Positions 1-9,525 of a stretch of 47,377 nt of DNA are shown here, one piece after another. Source of the stretch: a virus. The stretch lies in the IMG/VR virus record IMGVR_UViG_3300029893_000002; one strand, 5' to 3'. A program made the position numbers and the translations under genes. Under the pieces are notes generated by a model. The model ran no database searches. It saw only the letters and a list, made by a program, of their open reading frames with translations, and was not told the DNA's origin. Every line of letters begins with the position of its first letter. The stretch's first letter is position 1.

Positions 1-2077
1 CCGGCTCGCCAGCCGAAAGACGGTCATCTGTTTCGACTCGGACGCCGCCCACAACTCGGACGTCATGCGCGCGGCGCGCGTCCTTGCCGGGATGCTGCTC
101 GCCGAGGGGGTGACCGGCACCTCGTTCGTCCGGATCCCGCCGACCTCGAGCGGCGGCAAGCAGGGCATCGACGATCTCTTCGTCAACACCGGCGCCGGCG
201 ACGGGGCCAAGAGCGTGATCTGGGCGCTCATGGAGGAGGCCGAGGCCCTCGAGCCCGTCTCGATCCGCGAGCCCCTGCTCAAGATCCTCGAGTGCCGCGG
301 GCTCGGCGAGGCGCCAGTCCCGAAGAAGCTGCTCATGCCCGGCAACTACTACACCGACCGGTTCGGGCAGATCTACGCGAAGTCGGACGATCCGGACGAT
401 CCGGTGGACAAGCTCGTCGAGCGCCGCCCGGTGCTGATCCGAGGCCTCTTGCGTGATCAGCACTCGGACGAGATGCGGGTCGAGCTCACGTTCAAGACGA
501 CGAGCGACGGCTGGCGCGACGCGACCGTGCCCCGGCAGGCGATCTGCGACACGCGGGCGTGCGTGACCGAGCTCTCGAAGCACGGCGCGGCCGTCGATGC
601 GACGAGCGTCAAGCGCGTGATCCAGTTTCTGCGCGACATCGAGCACGTGAACGGCGATCTCTTGCCCGTGACCCCGTGCGTTCGGCGCGCCGGCTGGAAC
701 CGCATCGCGGGCCGCGAGGTCTTCGCCACGAACGAGGTCATCGCGCCGCGGGCGCGCGAGGGCGATCCCGATCTACCCCGCATCGTCGTCGACGGGTTCG
801 ACGGGACGACGCAGATCTTGAGCGCGCTCCACACCGACGGCGAGCTCGAGCTGCACAAGCACGGCCTGCGCGTCGCCTTCCGCGAGGACCCGGTCGCGGC
901 GACGTTCATCTGCGCCGCGTTCGCCGCGCCGCTCCTCTACAAGGTCGGCTGCAAGAACTTCGTCGTCCACGTCCCGGGCGACTCGAGCCGGGGTAAGACG
1001 TCGATGCTCAAGATGGCCGCGAGCCTCTACGGCGACCCCGAGAGCGAGGACTGGGTCGCCAGCTGGCACTCGACCCAGGTCGGGATGGAGTACCGGGCCG
1101 CGACGCTCTGCGATCTGCCGCTGTGCTTCGACGAGTCGTCGGTCGTCGATCGCGAGACGCTCGAGAAGAACGTCTACATGCTCGTCAACGGCGTCGGCAA
1201 GGTGCGTGGCGCGCGCGGCGGCGGCGTGCGCGACACGATGAAGTGGCGGACGATCATCCTCAGCACGGGCGAAAACCCGCTCGCCGACGAGCGCGCGAAG
1301 TCGGGCGCCCAAGCGCGCGTCCTCGAGCTGTACGTCGCCGGCGACGGCGGAGGGATGAGCGCGGCGACGGTCGACGATCTGCGGACGACCCTCGGCGAGA
1401 ACTACGGCCACGTCGGCCGCGCCTGGATCGAGCACCTGCTCGGGATGGAGGACTGGCGTCCGGTGCGCGAGGCCTACCGCAAGCTCGTCAAGCTCTACCA
1501 GGAGGACACCCGCGGCGGCGGCATCGACGCCCGGCAGGCGAGTTACCTCGCCCTCCTCGTCCTGACTGAACAGTGGATCAGCGAGCTATTCCAGATCGGC
1601 GACCCCGAGGGGCTCACGATGGACGCCTGGTTCCACGCGAGCCCCGAGCACCGGCGCCAAACGACGCCGCTCGCCGACCGAGCCTTGCGGTCGGTCGTCG
1701 ACTGGTGGCACTCTGCTCCACAGAGCTTCCCCGAGCTGTCGCTCATGCCCGACGGCGAGGAGGAACCGAAGGACCATGGCGCTCGAGAGCTCTTCGGCTA
1801 CCGTGACCGGACCGCGGTCTGGATCATCCCGACCAGGCTGCGCGACTGGTTCGAGCGCCAGGGCCTCCCGTACGAGACCGTCCTTCGCAGCTGGAAGGAC
1901 CGGGACTGGATCCTGGTCGACGGCCGCGACCGGCGCGGCTTCCAGAAGAGCCGCCGCATCCGCGGCGCCAAGAGCAAATTCGTCGCGATCCGACGCGACG
2001 TGTTCGAGGCTCGCGACGACAGCGAGCCCGACGAGGACTTCGCCGATGGCACAGCCCACGCTGGCACAGTGGCCTGA
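1..2077 (+). CDS. Primase-helicase (Toprim/DUF3854-like N-terminus + DUF927 helicase), 5'-truncated
   Basis: The frame is open from position 2 (RLASRKTVICFDSDAAHNSDVM...), so the true start is upstream of the window. Toprim-like FDSD and KQGIDD; Walker A GDSSRGKT; Walker B LCFDE; STGE motif. Confidence 0.88.
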   Translation, partial: RLASRKTVICFDSDAAHNSDVMRAARVLAGMLLAEGVTGTSFVRIPPTSSGGKQGIDDLFVNTGAGDGAKSVIWALMEEAEALEPVSIREPLLKILECRGLGEAPVPKKLLMPGNYYTDRFGQIYAKSDDPDDPVDKLVERRPVLIRGLLRDQHSDEMRVELTFKTTSDGWRDATVPRQAICDTRACVTELSKHGAAVDATSVKRVIQFLRDIEHVNGDLLPVTPCVRRAGWNRIAGREVFATNEVIAPRAREGDPDLPRIVVDGFDGTTQILSALHTDGELELHKHGLRVAFREDPVAATFICAAFAAPLLYKVGCKNFVVHVPGDSSRGKTSMLKMAASLYGDPESEDWVASWHSTQVGMEYRAATLCDLPLCFDESSVVDRETLEKNVYMLVNGVGKVRGARGGGVRDTMKWRTIILSTGENPLADERAKSGAQARVLELYVAGDGGGMSAATVDDLRTTLGENYGHVGRAWIEHLLGMEDWRPVREAYRKLVKLYQEDTRGGGIDARQASYLALLVLTEQWISELFQIGDPEGLTMDAWFHASPEHRRQTTPLADRALRSVVDWWHSAPQSFPELSLMPDGEEEPKDHGARELFGYRDRTAVWIIPTRLRDWFERQGLPYETVLRSWKDRDWILVDGRDRRGFQKSRRIRGAKSKFVAIRRDVFEARDDSEPDEDFADGTAHAGTVA

Positions 2078-2174
2078 CCGTCGGCCGCCGGAGGGGCGCG
2101 CGCCGCCGTAGCGGGGGCGACAGACAGCCGCCGATTGCAGCGGCGCGGTACACCGTCCAGGCAGGTTGCGCGTT

Positions 2175-2630
2175 TGTCTCACCTGTCTCACGGTGTCTCA
2201 CGCCCTGGTGAGACAGATTTCCGTAGTGATTCCGCCAGGCTGAGTCGGGTGTCTCTACGGTCTCACCGTTTTCGCCAAAGGACCCTTAAGGGGTTCGATC
2301 CAAAGTGGCAGGGGGGCGTGTGCCACCCGAGGGGGCCGGCGGCTGTGCCAGCTGGGGGGGCCGACCTCCGCCGAGCCACTGAACGGACGGCCGGTGGCGA
2401 CCGGGCTGGCCGGGTGGGCGCGGAGCGGCCGACAACCGACGGGCAGATCGGTACCAGGTAGCCGGGAAAATCTGGACGGCGTTGGATCGGCTCCCTTAAG
2501 GACCCTTTGGGAAATGGTGAGACAGGTGAGACACCTCTAATTTCTCTCTGACAATTAACTGTTAAGTCAGTAATTTAGATCTGTCTCACCGCTGTCTCAC
2601 CAGGCGTCTCACCGACCCGCCGTGTCTCAC
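2175..2630. repeat. Putative replication origin: about 11 (T)GTCTCAC iterons in both orientations, long imperfect inverted repeat, AT-rich hairpin
   Basis: TGTCTCAC at 2175, 2184, 2194, 2582, 2593, 2623; GTCTCAC at 2260, 2606; GTGAGACA at 2208, 2517, 2526. Imperfect inverted repeat ~2248-2303 vs ~2482-2533. AT-rich palindromic tract 2536-2579. Lies directly downstream of the helicase. Confidence 0.75.
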
Positions 2631-2862
2631 GCCTTTCTGGCAAACCTGGAAACTATCTGGCCCGTCGGGGCCCGAGAGGGGCTTGAGACCGTGTGCCGAT
2701 CATGGCGTCCGTCCGATCGAGACGGACAGAATCACTACGCTTTGCGCCACGTTCGGCGCCCTTTCGGCGCGCTCTGTGGTGGTTTTGCCCACCCGGATGT
2801 GGCAAACCTGTCACCTGGTAGATCCAGACCACTGCACAAACCCTCTACCCCCGTGGATCGAC

Positions 2863-3558
2863 ATGCGATTTGGCAAGCCCCCCTCGACCCTGCTCAAGCG
2901 TTTGGAGGAGCGGCGCCAGGCGGACGACGACGCCGAGGTGTCCGAGGGGGCGCCCGCGCCCGTAGGCGCCGCCCAGGCGCCCGCAAGCCCTGAGGGGGGG
3001 ACGGTCGAGAGTCCCCGCGCCCGGGCGCCCGAGAGCGCCGCCGAGCCGCCCTCGGCGCCGTCGCCGCCCGCGGCCGCGCTCGACCTCTCGAGCGACGTCG
3101 CGCGCGCGCTCCGGCTTCGGCCCGCGCTCCTCGCCGAGCTCCCGCTGCCGGCCCGGCTCGACTTCCGGCTGACCGCGCGGCCGCTCGTGTGCGTCTGGAC
3201 GACGAGCCGGCGGCTCTACGAGGGGCGCGACGCGCCCGACTGGGTGCCGTTCGTCTTCGGGCCCGCCGAGTACCTCCTGCTCATCGAGGGCGCCCTCCGC
3301 GGCGTCGTCGGGCCCGAGGAGATGGCCCAGATCGTCGTCCGCAAGATGGAGGCGCCCCAGGTGCGTCTCGGCGCGGCCGAGGTCTTCGGGACCGCCATCG
3401 AGACCCTGTGGCCGACGGCCGCGCCGACCGCGGGCCGGTGGGTCTCGGCGGCCGGGCGCGGCTGGTACGAGCGGGGGACGCTCGGCGAGGCGTGCGATCT
3501 CCTGGGCCTCGAGCTCGATGCCGTCCGCGCCCTTCCCAAGGCGCCGTCGGCGGCGTAG
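2863..3558 (+). CDS. Hypothetical protein
   Basis: Part of ORF 2683-3558. ATG at 2863 chosen as the likelier start; start uncertain. Confidence 0.6.
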   Translation: MRFGKPPSTLLKRLEERRQADDDAEVSEGAPAPVGAAQAPASPEGGTVESPRARAPESAAEPPSAPSPPAAALDLSSDVARALRLRPALLAELPLPARLDFRLTARPLVCVWTTSRRLYEGRDAPDWVPFVFGPAEYLLLIEGALRGVVGPEEMAQIVVRKMEAPQVRLGAAEVFGTAIETLWPTAAPTAGRWVSAAGRGWYERGTLGEACDLLGLELDAVRALPKAPSAA

Positions 3559-3569
3559 GCTCGGCCGCC

Positions 3570-3845
3570 GTGATCGGCTTCCACGACAAGATGATGCGCT
3601 GCATCGACGCCTGCGGGTCCGACGATGCCAAGCGGTTCGCGATGGTCACGCTCCTCGCCGCCCAGGCCGGGATCGCCGAGACCGACGACCGCGACGCCCT
3701 CTTTCGCTTCCTCCTCGACATGGACGAGGAGCGGCTCGAGCGGGCGCGGACCGAGTTCCGAAACGCCGTCGTCGGCTTCCGCGTCGCGCGCGAGGCGGCC
3801 GAGCGGAGCGCGCGGCCGAGCTCGGCGCCCCCAGCCGCTCAGTAG
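3570..3845 (+). CDS. Hypothetical protein
   Basis: GTG start 11 nt after the previous stop; globular-looking sequence (VIGFHDKMMRC...). Confidence 0.55.
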   Translation: MIGFHDKMMRCIDACGSDDAKRFAMVTLLAAQAGIAETDDRDALFRFLLDMDEERLERARTEFRNAVVGFRVAREAAERSARPSSAPPAAQ

Positions 3846-4135
3846 GTCACGCAGGGGCGCCGCGCGTGCGCGTCGCGGCACGCGTCGATGGCCTCGCCGA
3901 GGCTACGGCACGACCGGAGCAACTGGTAGCGGCTGAGCTCGCGCGCGATGCGCACGGTGTCGAAGTCGCTCAGCGGATGGAGCATCTCGGCGATTCGCTC
4001 GCCCATCCGCTCGAGATCGGACCGGCGCCGAAACCGGTAGGCGTAGTAGAGGCCGCGGATCTGTCGGATCCGGCCAAGCTCGGGGTGATCCCAGACGAGC
4101 TCGTTCCGCTCGCGCCGGCAGACCCACTGGCTCAC
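3839..4135 (-). CDS. Hypothetical protein
   Basis: GTG overlaps the upstream TGA (GTGA coupling). Confidence 0.55.
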   Translation of the reverse strand: MSQWVCRRERNELVWDHPELGRIRQIRGLYYAYRFRRRSDLERMGERIAEMLHPLSDFDTVRIARELSRYQLLRSCRSLGEAIDACRDAHARRPCVTY

Positions 4136-4407
4136 GGCCCCGACGCCCCCGGCGCGCGGAGCGTGGGGAAGACCTCGGCGAGGACCTCGGCGACGTGGTG
4201 CTCCTCGACGCGCCGGATCACGGGGTTCCAGCCGCGGTAGAGCGCGACGAACTCGAAGAGCCCAAAGCCCCGCCGCCGCGCGATGTCCTCGAGCGACTGG
4301 TCGCGGCCGAACAGGCGCGCGTAGGTCTCGTAGGCGCGCGCGGCGGCGACCCGGGGGACGACGAGGCCGCCCTGGATGGGAAACCAGCGCGTGAGATCGA
4401 GGCTCAT
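4132..4407 (-). CDS. Hypothetical phage protein
   Basis: ATGA coupling to the oxidoreductase; YARLFGRDQSLEDIARRRGFG segment. Confidence 0.6.
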   Translation of the reverse strand: MSLDLTRWFPIQGGLVVPRVAAARAYETYARLFGRDQSLEDIARRRGFGLFEFVALYRGWNPVIRRVEEHHVAEVLAEVFPTLRAPGASGP

Positions 4408-5384
4408 CGGCGAAGCTCCTCGCGCCAGAACGACCCGAGGGCGCCGTCGCCGTAGAGGGGCGCCTCGCCGATCGCCTGGACGAGCTCGATGGCGGGGCGC
4501 GCCTCGTCGATGCCGACGCCCGCGCCACGGGCGACCGCCCGGTAGACCTCGGTGTGCAGCTCGCCGAACCCGTCGAGCTCGAGCGCGCCCTCGGCCGTCC
4601 GGACCGCCCGATAGGGGCGGCGGGGACTCTGGTGGCTCGGCGGCAGATCGGCCGGCCGCGTCGAGAGGTGAAAGCGGACGTGGCCGCCCGCGCCCGGCTC
4701 GCCGAGGTAGACGTCGCCCGCGATCGCACGCAGGACGCGCTGGCCCGTGACGGCGGAGCGCTCGACGTCGCGGAGGGTGACGCTCACGGCCCGCACGGGC
4801 CCAAAGAGCCATGTCATGAGGTCGAACAGGTGGATGCCGAGGTTCATGGCGAGCCCCCCCGACTGCTCGGCACTCTTCCAGCTGGCGTCGTACCAAGCGC
4901 CGCGCGGCGTCACGTACACGATGTCGAGCTCGGTCGTGAGCGGACGGCCTCGCAGCCTCTCACGGAGCTGCTGGAGGCTCGGCAGGTGTCGGAGCTGGAG
5001 CACGGTATAGACGCGCCGATCGTAGGTGTCCTCGAGCACGGGAAGGAACTCGCCGAGGTGATCGGGCTGGACGACGAGGGGCTTTTCGCAGATCGCATGC
5101 GCCCCCGACCGGAGCGCCAGCTCCACGTGCGCGGCGTGCAGGTGGTTCGGGGTGCAGATCGAGACGAAGTCGACCGGGCGCCCTTGGCGCCGAAGGATCC
5201 GGAGGTGGCTCTCGAACCACCCAGCCGACGTGAAGAACGCGGCATCGGGAAAGAACTCGTCGAGGATCCCGACCGAGTCGTGCGGATCGCAGGCGGCGAC
5301 GAGCTCGTGGCCGAGGTCTCGGATCGCCTTCATGTGGCGCGGCGCGACGAAGCCGGCGGCACCGAGGAGAGCGAAGCGTGCCAT
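4404..5384 (-). CDS. wbpB: Gfo/Idh/MocA oxidoreductase, WbpB/WlbA-like UDP-GlcNAcA 3-dehydrogenase
   Basis: FALLGAAGFVAPRHMKAI, DPHDSVGILD, SICTPNHLH, ICEKPL, VLQLR and NLGIHLFD are characteristic of the WbpB/WlbA subfamily. Confidence 0.85.
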   Translation of the reverse strand: MARFALLGAAGFVAPRHMKAIRDLGHELVAACDPHDSVGILDEFFPDAAFFTSAGWFESHLRILRRQGRPVDFVSICTPNHLHAAHVELALRSGAHAICEKPLVVQPDHLGEFLPVLEDTYDRRVYTVLQLRHLPSLQQLRERLRGRPLTTELDIVYVTPRGAWYDASWKSAEQSGGLAMNLGIHLFDLMTWLFGPVRAVSVTLRDVERSAVTGQRVLRAIAGDVYLGEPGAGGHVRFHLSTRPADLPPSHQSPRRPYRAVRTAEGALELDGFGELHTEVYRAVARGAGVGIDEARPAIELVQAIGEAPLYGDGALGSFWREELRR

Positions 5385-5399
5385 GGGCCCGATGCTACC

Positions 5400-6191
5400 T
5401 CACCAGACAAGCGCGTGTTCGGACCAGAACGCCTGCGCCTCGGCGAGTGCCCCCGGGTCGCCCTCGAGCGACGGGTCGTCCGGTTCGCGGGGAGCGGCCG
5501 GGCCGCCGTAGGCGGTGTACAGGACGGCGGGATGGCCGACGTACGGGCCGATGACGACGGTGACGCGCCGGGTCATGCGCACGCCCGCGGAGGCCGGTAC
5601 GGGCTCGAGGCGTGGGCCGATCAGGCGCCTCGACGGCCACTCCCGGCCGGGGCGCCGCTCCATTCGCACCGCGTGGTCGCCGACGGGCGGGTCTCCCATC
5701 GCCGGGCCCCAGAGCGCGCATTCGAGCGCGGAGAGGTGGCGAGGCGGCTCGAGCGTGCGGACGACGACGCCCTCGCCCAGGCCCCACTCCTCCCAGTGCG
5801 CCTCGCACTGGGAGATGAGCCACGCCAGGTGATCGGCCGAGAGGCCGTGGTCGATATGGGCCTCTCGGCCGATGAGCACCTGGCGCACCGTCGGCACCGG
5901 CATGTCGCCGGTGACCCGGTACGCCCGCGCCTCGCCCGCGATCTCGCGCAGGCGCTCGATCGATAGCTCGCGTCCTCGGTCGCCGGGCTCGAGGGCGAGC
6001 GGGACCACGGTGACAGACCGCGCCCACGAGGCCAGCTCGAATGGCAGCACGCCGATGACGTCCTTGCCCGCGATCTGTTCGGGGTCGGTGACGTGCGAGA
6101 GGACCGGAGTCCCCTCGCCGATGATGCCGCGCTCGACGAGGAGCGCGACGAGCGCCTGGTGGCGCGTGACTACGACGGTTTCGTTGCCCAT
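5400..6191 (-). CDS. Csx16-like (putative ring nuclease) domain fused to a phage domain of unknown function
   Basis: N-terminus VVVTRH...DVIGVLPFELA...RGRELSIERL...AYRV matches the Csx16/VVA1548 pattern. C-terminus LYTAYGGPAAPREP...AFWSEHAL. ATG 6191 has an AGGGG RBS. Confidence 0.65.
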   Translation of the reverse strand: MGNETVVVTRHQALVALLVERGIIGEGTPVLSHVTDPEQIAGKDVIGVLPFELASWARSVTVVPLALEPGDRGRELSIERLREIAGEARAYRVTGDMPVPTVRQVLIGREAHIDHGLSADHLAWLISQCEAHWEEWGLGEGVVVRTLEPPRHLSALECALWGPAMGDPPVGDHAVRMERRPGREWPSRRLIGPRLEPVPASAGVRMTRRVTVVIGPYVGHPAVLYTAYGGPAAPREPDDPSLEGDPGALAEAQAFWSEHALVW

Positions 6192-6230
6192 AACCCCTAG
6201 ACGCCCCACGTAGCTGCGATCTGACACCTG

Positions 6231-6515
6231 CTAGATCCAGGACTCGACGATCACCGGATCGTCCGCCACGTCGCGGCCCACGTTGTAGAGCCCCCGCGGG
6301 ATCGACCGCCGGGCCGCCTCGAGATCGTCCGCGACCGCGACGGGCGTCGCGCCGACGAGGATCGTGCCGTGATCGGGCCCCCCGGTGAGCATGACCCGGT
6401 GCTCTCGCACGACGAACCTCTCGCCGTAGTCCTTGGTCCGGTGCGTGATCGTGAACAGCCGGCACTGGTTCTTCGGGTCGAACGCCGGAAGCTCCTTCAC
6501 CACCGTGCTGGTCAT
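6231..6515 (-). CDS. Hypothetical protein
   Basis: Coupled ORF, 94 aa. Confidence 0.65.
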   Translation of the reverse strand: MTSTVVKELPAFDPKNQCRLFTITHRTKDYGERFVVREHRVMLTGGPDHGTILVGATPVAVADDLEAARRSIPRGLYNVGRDVADDPVIVESWI

Positions 6516-6733
6516 CGCGCGATCCCCCGGGGCCCAGCGGCGAGCTGCCGTGGCGTCGGGCGGCCCTCAGAGACGAGCCGATCGCAGTCGTCGCACAGCT
6601 CGGGGTGCTCGTCGTCCACGCCGAAGCACCAGGGGACGAACCGGAGGCAGCCCGGGCAGGTGTAGCGGCGCCCCTCGCAGTGGCAGATCCGCACCGCGGG
6701 ACACGACACCGGCGGCAGAACGATCGACGTCAT
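6512..6733 (-). CDS. Small Cys-rich (Zn-binding) protein
   Basis: CPGC...C...CDDC; ATGA coupling at both ends. Confidence 0.6.
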   Translation of the reverse strand: MTSIVLPPVSCPAVRICHCEGRRYTCPGCLRFVPWCFGVDDEHPELCDDCDRLVSEGRPTPRQLAAGPRGIAR

Positions 6734-6954
6734 CCGTCCTCGTAGCGCTCGAGGAACTTGTTGGCGTCGCGGACCTTGACGATATAGATGGGGTGATCGG
6801 GCTTGCCGATCCTCTCGGCGCTGAGCTCGCCGCGCCGGATGGCGTTGCGGACGGTATTCTCGTGAAGCCCCCCCGCCTCGGCAATCTCCGAAGGCATCAC
6901 GTGGTCAAACGGCTTTTTGCCGGTGATCCGGCCTCTCTTCTTCGACGCGTTCAT
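6730..6954 (-). CDS. Excisionase-like helix-turn-helix DNA-binding protein
   Basis: PSEIAEAGGLHENTVRNAIRRGELSAERIG is a typical MerR/HTH_17-type signature. Confidence 0.75.
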   Translation of the reverse strand: MNASKKRGRITGKKPFDHVMPSEIAEAGGLHENTVRNAIRRGELSAERIGKPDHPIYIVKVRDANKFLERYEDG

Positions 6955-7637
6955 GCGCTCTTATCCTTTCCGCGGACGAGATCGGCTGCCGTGGTGAGAT
7001 CCAGCGTGGAGCGAGGGCCGCGGTAGCGGACCCCCGAGCAGCGGACGACGTGGCCCAGCCGGCCGAACTCGCGCTCGAAGCGCCGGACGGCGGGACCGAA
7101 GTAGACGACGACGGACTCGAAGTCGGCGCCGAAGGGAGCGCCGAGAAAGAAGAGCCGGCCGTCGACGAAACAGATGCAGCTGGCGAAGGCCCAGTACCAC
7201 CGGAACCACGCCGCCGACGGCGAGCTCGGCGACAGCATGAACCGGTGCGCCCCGGGGGCGGTGCGGTGCGCCATGACGACGCGCCGCGCCCAGCGGTTAT
7301 TGATGGCGCGGCCGTAGGGGTGGTTGCAGAACAGGCTCGAGTAGCGCTCGCCGTCGCGGCTGTGCGTCCAGCTGACGGCGAGGCCGTCCTTGCCGTAGAT
7401 GCGCCGCTCGCCGGGTCGCGGCTCCCAGTCGACCCGCGGCGGCCGCCGCCGTCGCCGGTAGCGCTCGAGCATGAACACGTGCCTCGCGTCCACGATCGAG
7501 TGCGGGTTTCCGCATGGGTCGAAGTCGATGCGGCCCTGGATCACTTCCCGGACCGGATCGAGGACCTCGGGCGGCGTCGCCCAGTCGTCGCGAGGGAGGC
7601 GGACCGAGGCCTTCTCGGCGCGTCGTCTGCCCGGCAT
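6951..7637 (-). CDS. Phage DNA N6-adenine methyltransferase (Dam-like)
   Basis: DDWATPPEV, DFDPC, FCNHPYG (NPPY-like motif IV) and ICFVDGRLFF. Confidence 0.8.
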   Translation of the reverse strand: MPGRRRAEKASVRLPRDDWATPPEVLDPVREVIQGRIDFDPCGNPHSIVDARHVFMLERYRRRRRPPRVDWEPRPGERRIYGKDGLAVSWTHSRDGERYSSLFCNHPYGRAINNRWARRVVMAHRTAPGAHRFMLSPSSPSAAWFRWYWAFASCICFVDGRLFFLGAPFGADFESVVVYFGPAVRRFEREFGRLGHVVRCSGVRYRGPRSTLDLTTAADLVRGKDKSA

Positions 7638-7921
7638 CAGAGCCCTCCCTTGGCGGAACGGTAGAAGCGGGAGAGCTTGGGCGCCTTCACGGCCCGTCGG
7701 CGCCGCGCTCTCTTTCGCAGAAACGGCCGCACCTCAGGCGAGTCAAGGCCCAAAAACGTCTTGCCTGCGTTCGGGCACCCGGGGCGCCCCTTGTCCGTGC
7801 GGTGATGGAACTCGGCGGTCGTACCCATGGGCTCACAGTCCTCCATGACGAGACCGCAGCGAGCACAGACGGCCCGCTCGTGCCGCCGACCCGCGCGCCA
7901 CTTTCCCACACGCTCGCTCAT
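7637..7921 (-). CDS. Hypothetical Cys-containing protein
   Basis: Coupled ORF with CARC and EFHH...CPN. Confidence 0.55.
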   Translation of the reverse strand: MSERVGKWRAGRRHERAVCARCGLVMEDCEPMGTTAEFHHRTDKGRPGCPNAGKTFLGLDSPEVRPFLRKRARRRRAVKAPKLSRFYRSAKGGL

Positions 7922-8703
7922 CAGAGCACCGTCCTTTTGAGGCCTTCGAGGTACGCCCGGAACTCGGCCGCGCAGGCGTCACACCGCTCCTCGGTCCCCG
8001 GCATGACGCCGTGCGCGCAGGGCGTCTTCTGGGCCTCGGGCCGGGGCGGCGCGGGTGGCGGAGGCGGATCGTCCCGGTCGAGGACCGCCTCCGGCGTCGC
8101 CCAGTGGCGCTGCATGTCGGGCCGCTCGTCGTAGAGCTGCTCGAAGTGGGCGAAGAAAAGCCCGGCGCCCCAGCCGAGCAGCCACGGCATGTGCTCGTCC
8201 ACGAGCGCGGCGACCTCGGCCGGCGTATCTCCGTCCTCGACGTCCTCCGCCCGCACCTCGCGCCAGGTGACCTCGCCGCCGACGAGATCGTAGACCTCGC
8301 CGAAGGCGCCGAACGGCCCGTGGATCATGAAGTCGCCGACCCGGATCCGGAGCCCCGGGAACATGGCGCTCACGCGCCGCAGCCACATGGTCGAGAGGTT
8401 GAGGGCGCGGAAGCGGTAGGGGTCGCGCCACTCGGGCGGCCACACCGTCGCGATGCGTGCATACGAGCGCGCGACTCCATCGTGGCTCCTCTCCTTGGGC
8501 TCGACGTAGATCATGCGCAGGGGCACGACGCCGTCGTGCGCCATGTCGAGGAGCATCTGCGATGCGAGGTACTCGTCGAAAAGGCCGATCTCGGTCCGGC
8601 CGAACGAACGGTTCCCGTCCGCGCGGAGGATCAAGGTCCCCATCGGGCTCTTCGCGCCCTCGATCGGCGTTACCTCGACGCCAAAGTAGGAAGTGTCACC
8701 CAT
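7921..8703 (-). CDS. Hypothetical protein
   Basis: 260-aa ORF with a C-terminal CAHG...CDAC knuckle. Confidence 0.65.
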   Translation of the reverse strand: MGDTSYFGVEVTPIEGAKSPMGTLILRADGNRSFGRTEIGLFDEYLASQMLLDMAHDGVVPLRMIYVEPKERSHDGVARSYARIATVWPPEWRDPYRFRALNLSTMWLRRVSAMFPGLRIRVGDFMIHGPFGAFGEVYDLVGGEVTWREVRAEDVEDGDTPAEVAALVDEHMPWLLGWGAGLFFAHFEQLYDERPDMQRHWATPEAVLDRDDPPPPPAPPRPEAQKTPCAHGVMPGTEERCDACAAEFRAYLEGLKRTVL

Positions 8704-8884
8704 AGATCGTCTTCTCCATGATCGCTATGAAGGCCGTCGTCTCCTGGCACTCAGCGCACCAGTCCTTGCTCTCGACGCGCGCCCAGCCCTTTTCGCGAAG
8801 CTCGGCCCGCGCCCTCTGGGCGGTGTCGGCGGCGCCACCGATGGTGCCGCACTCGTCGCAGTAGATGACGACCTCGACGGCCAT
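8696..8884 (-). CDS. Small Zn-finger protein
   Basis: MAVEVVIYCDECG...DWCAEC. Confidence 0.6.
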   Translation of the reverse strand: MAVEVVIYCDECGTIGGAADTAQRARAELREKGWARVESKDWCAECQETTAFIAIMEKTIYG

Positions 8885-8888
8885 CCGG

Positions 8889-9230
8889 TCACCGGGTCCC
8901 CGGGTACGGCGGCACGTACCGTTCGGTCGTCGACCAAAAACAGGCGTGGCACTCGAGCACGCTGACCGAGTCGCCCAACGCGTGACGGACGAGCAGGCGC
9001 CCCTCCTTGCACGCGCCGCAGGGGCGGCTCTCGACAACGGGCACGATCCGATCGATGCGGTTGCGGTCGTAGCCGAACCCGCGGGCCTTTTTGAAGATCG
9101 TCTCGGCGACGATGGCCACGGCGTCGGAGGCCGAACACGCGGCCACATCGGACACGTGGGCCCTGGTGTCGAGGGTATGCTGGTGGAAGCGACCGAGGAC
9201 GTAGTACACGCGGTAGATCACCAGGCTCAT
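8889..9230 (-). CDS. Hypothetical protein with Zn ribbon
   Basis: CGAC...CHAC; coupled start. Confidence 0.6.
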   Translation of the reverse strand: MSLVIYRVYYVLGRFHQHTLDTRAHVSDVAACSASDAVAIVAETIFKKARGFGYDRNRIDRIVPVVESRPCGACKEGRLLVRHALGDSVSVLECHACFWSTTERYVPPYPGTR

Positions 9231-9514
9231 GAGGTGGTCCTCCGGATGGCCGCCACCTGGCGGTCTCGGGCATGGACCGACGGCCGCGGGTCGTCGGTGA
9301 CGACGAAGACGGGCCGGCCGGCGCGATCGACGTGCCTGCGGTTTTGGCCCGACCGGCCGACGACATCGACGAGGGCCTCGCAGAACCGCGAGGCCTGGGG
9401 CGCCGACGCGATCCGCACGGTCCGCATGTCGAGAGCGTGCTTTCCGAGGAGCTCGGTCTCCTTGGCGCCGAGCCGGACGAGCGCGCGCCAGGCGCGCTTT
9501 TCCTGATCGTTCAT
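9227..9514 (-). CDS. Hypothetical protein
   Basis: ATG 9514 with a GAGGGG RBS. Confidence 0.55.
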   Translation of the reverse strand: MNDQEKRAWRALVRLGAKETELLGKHALDMRTVRIASAPQASRFCEALVDVVGRSGQNRRHVDRAGRPVFVVTDDPRPSVHARDRQVAAIRRTTS

Positions 9515-9525
9515 GGCCGTCCCCC

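Noticed and set aside
2175-2630. GTCTCAC repeats as a CRISPR array
   Set aside because: The repeats are 7-8 bp, in both orientations and irregularly spaced; no cas genes.
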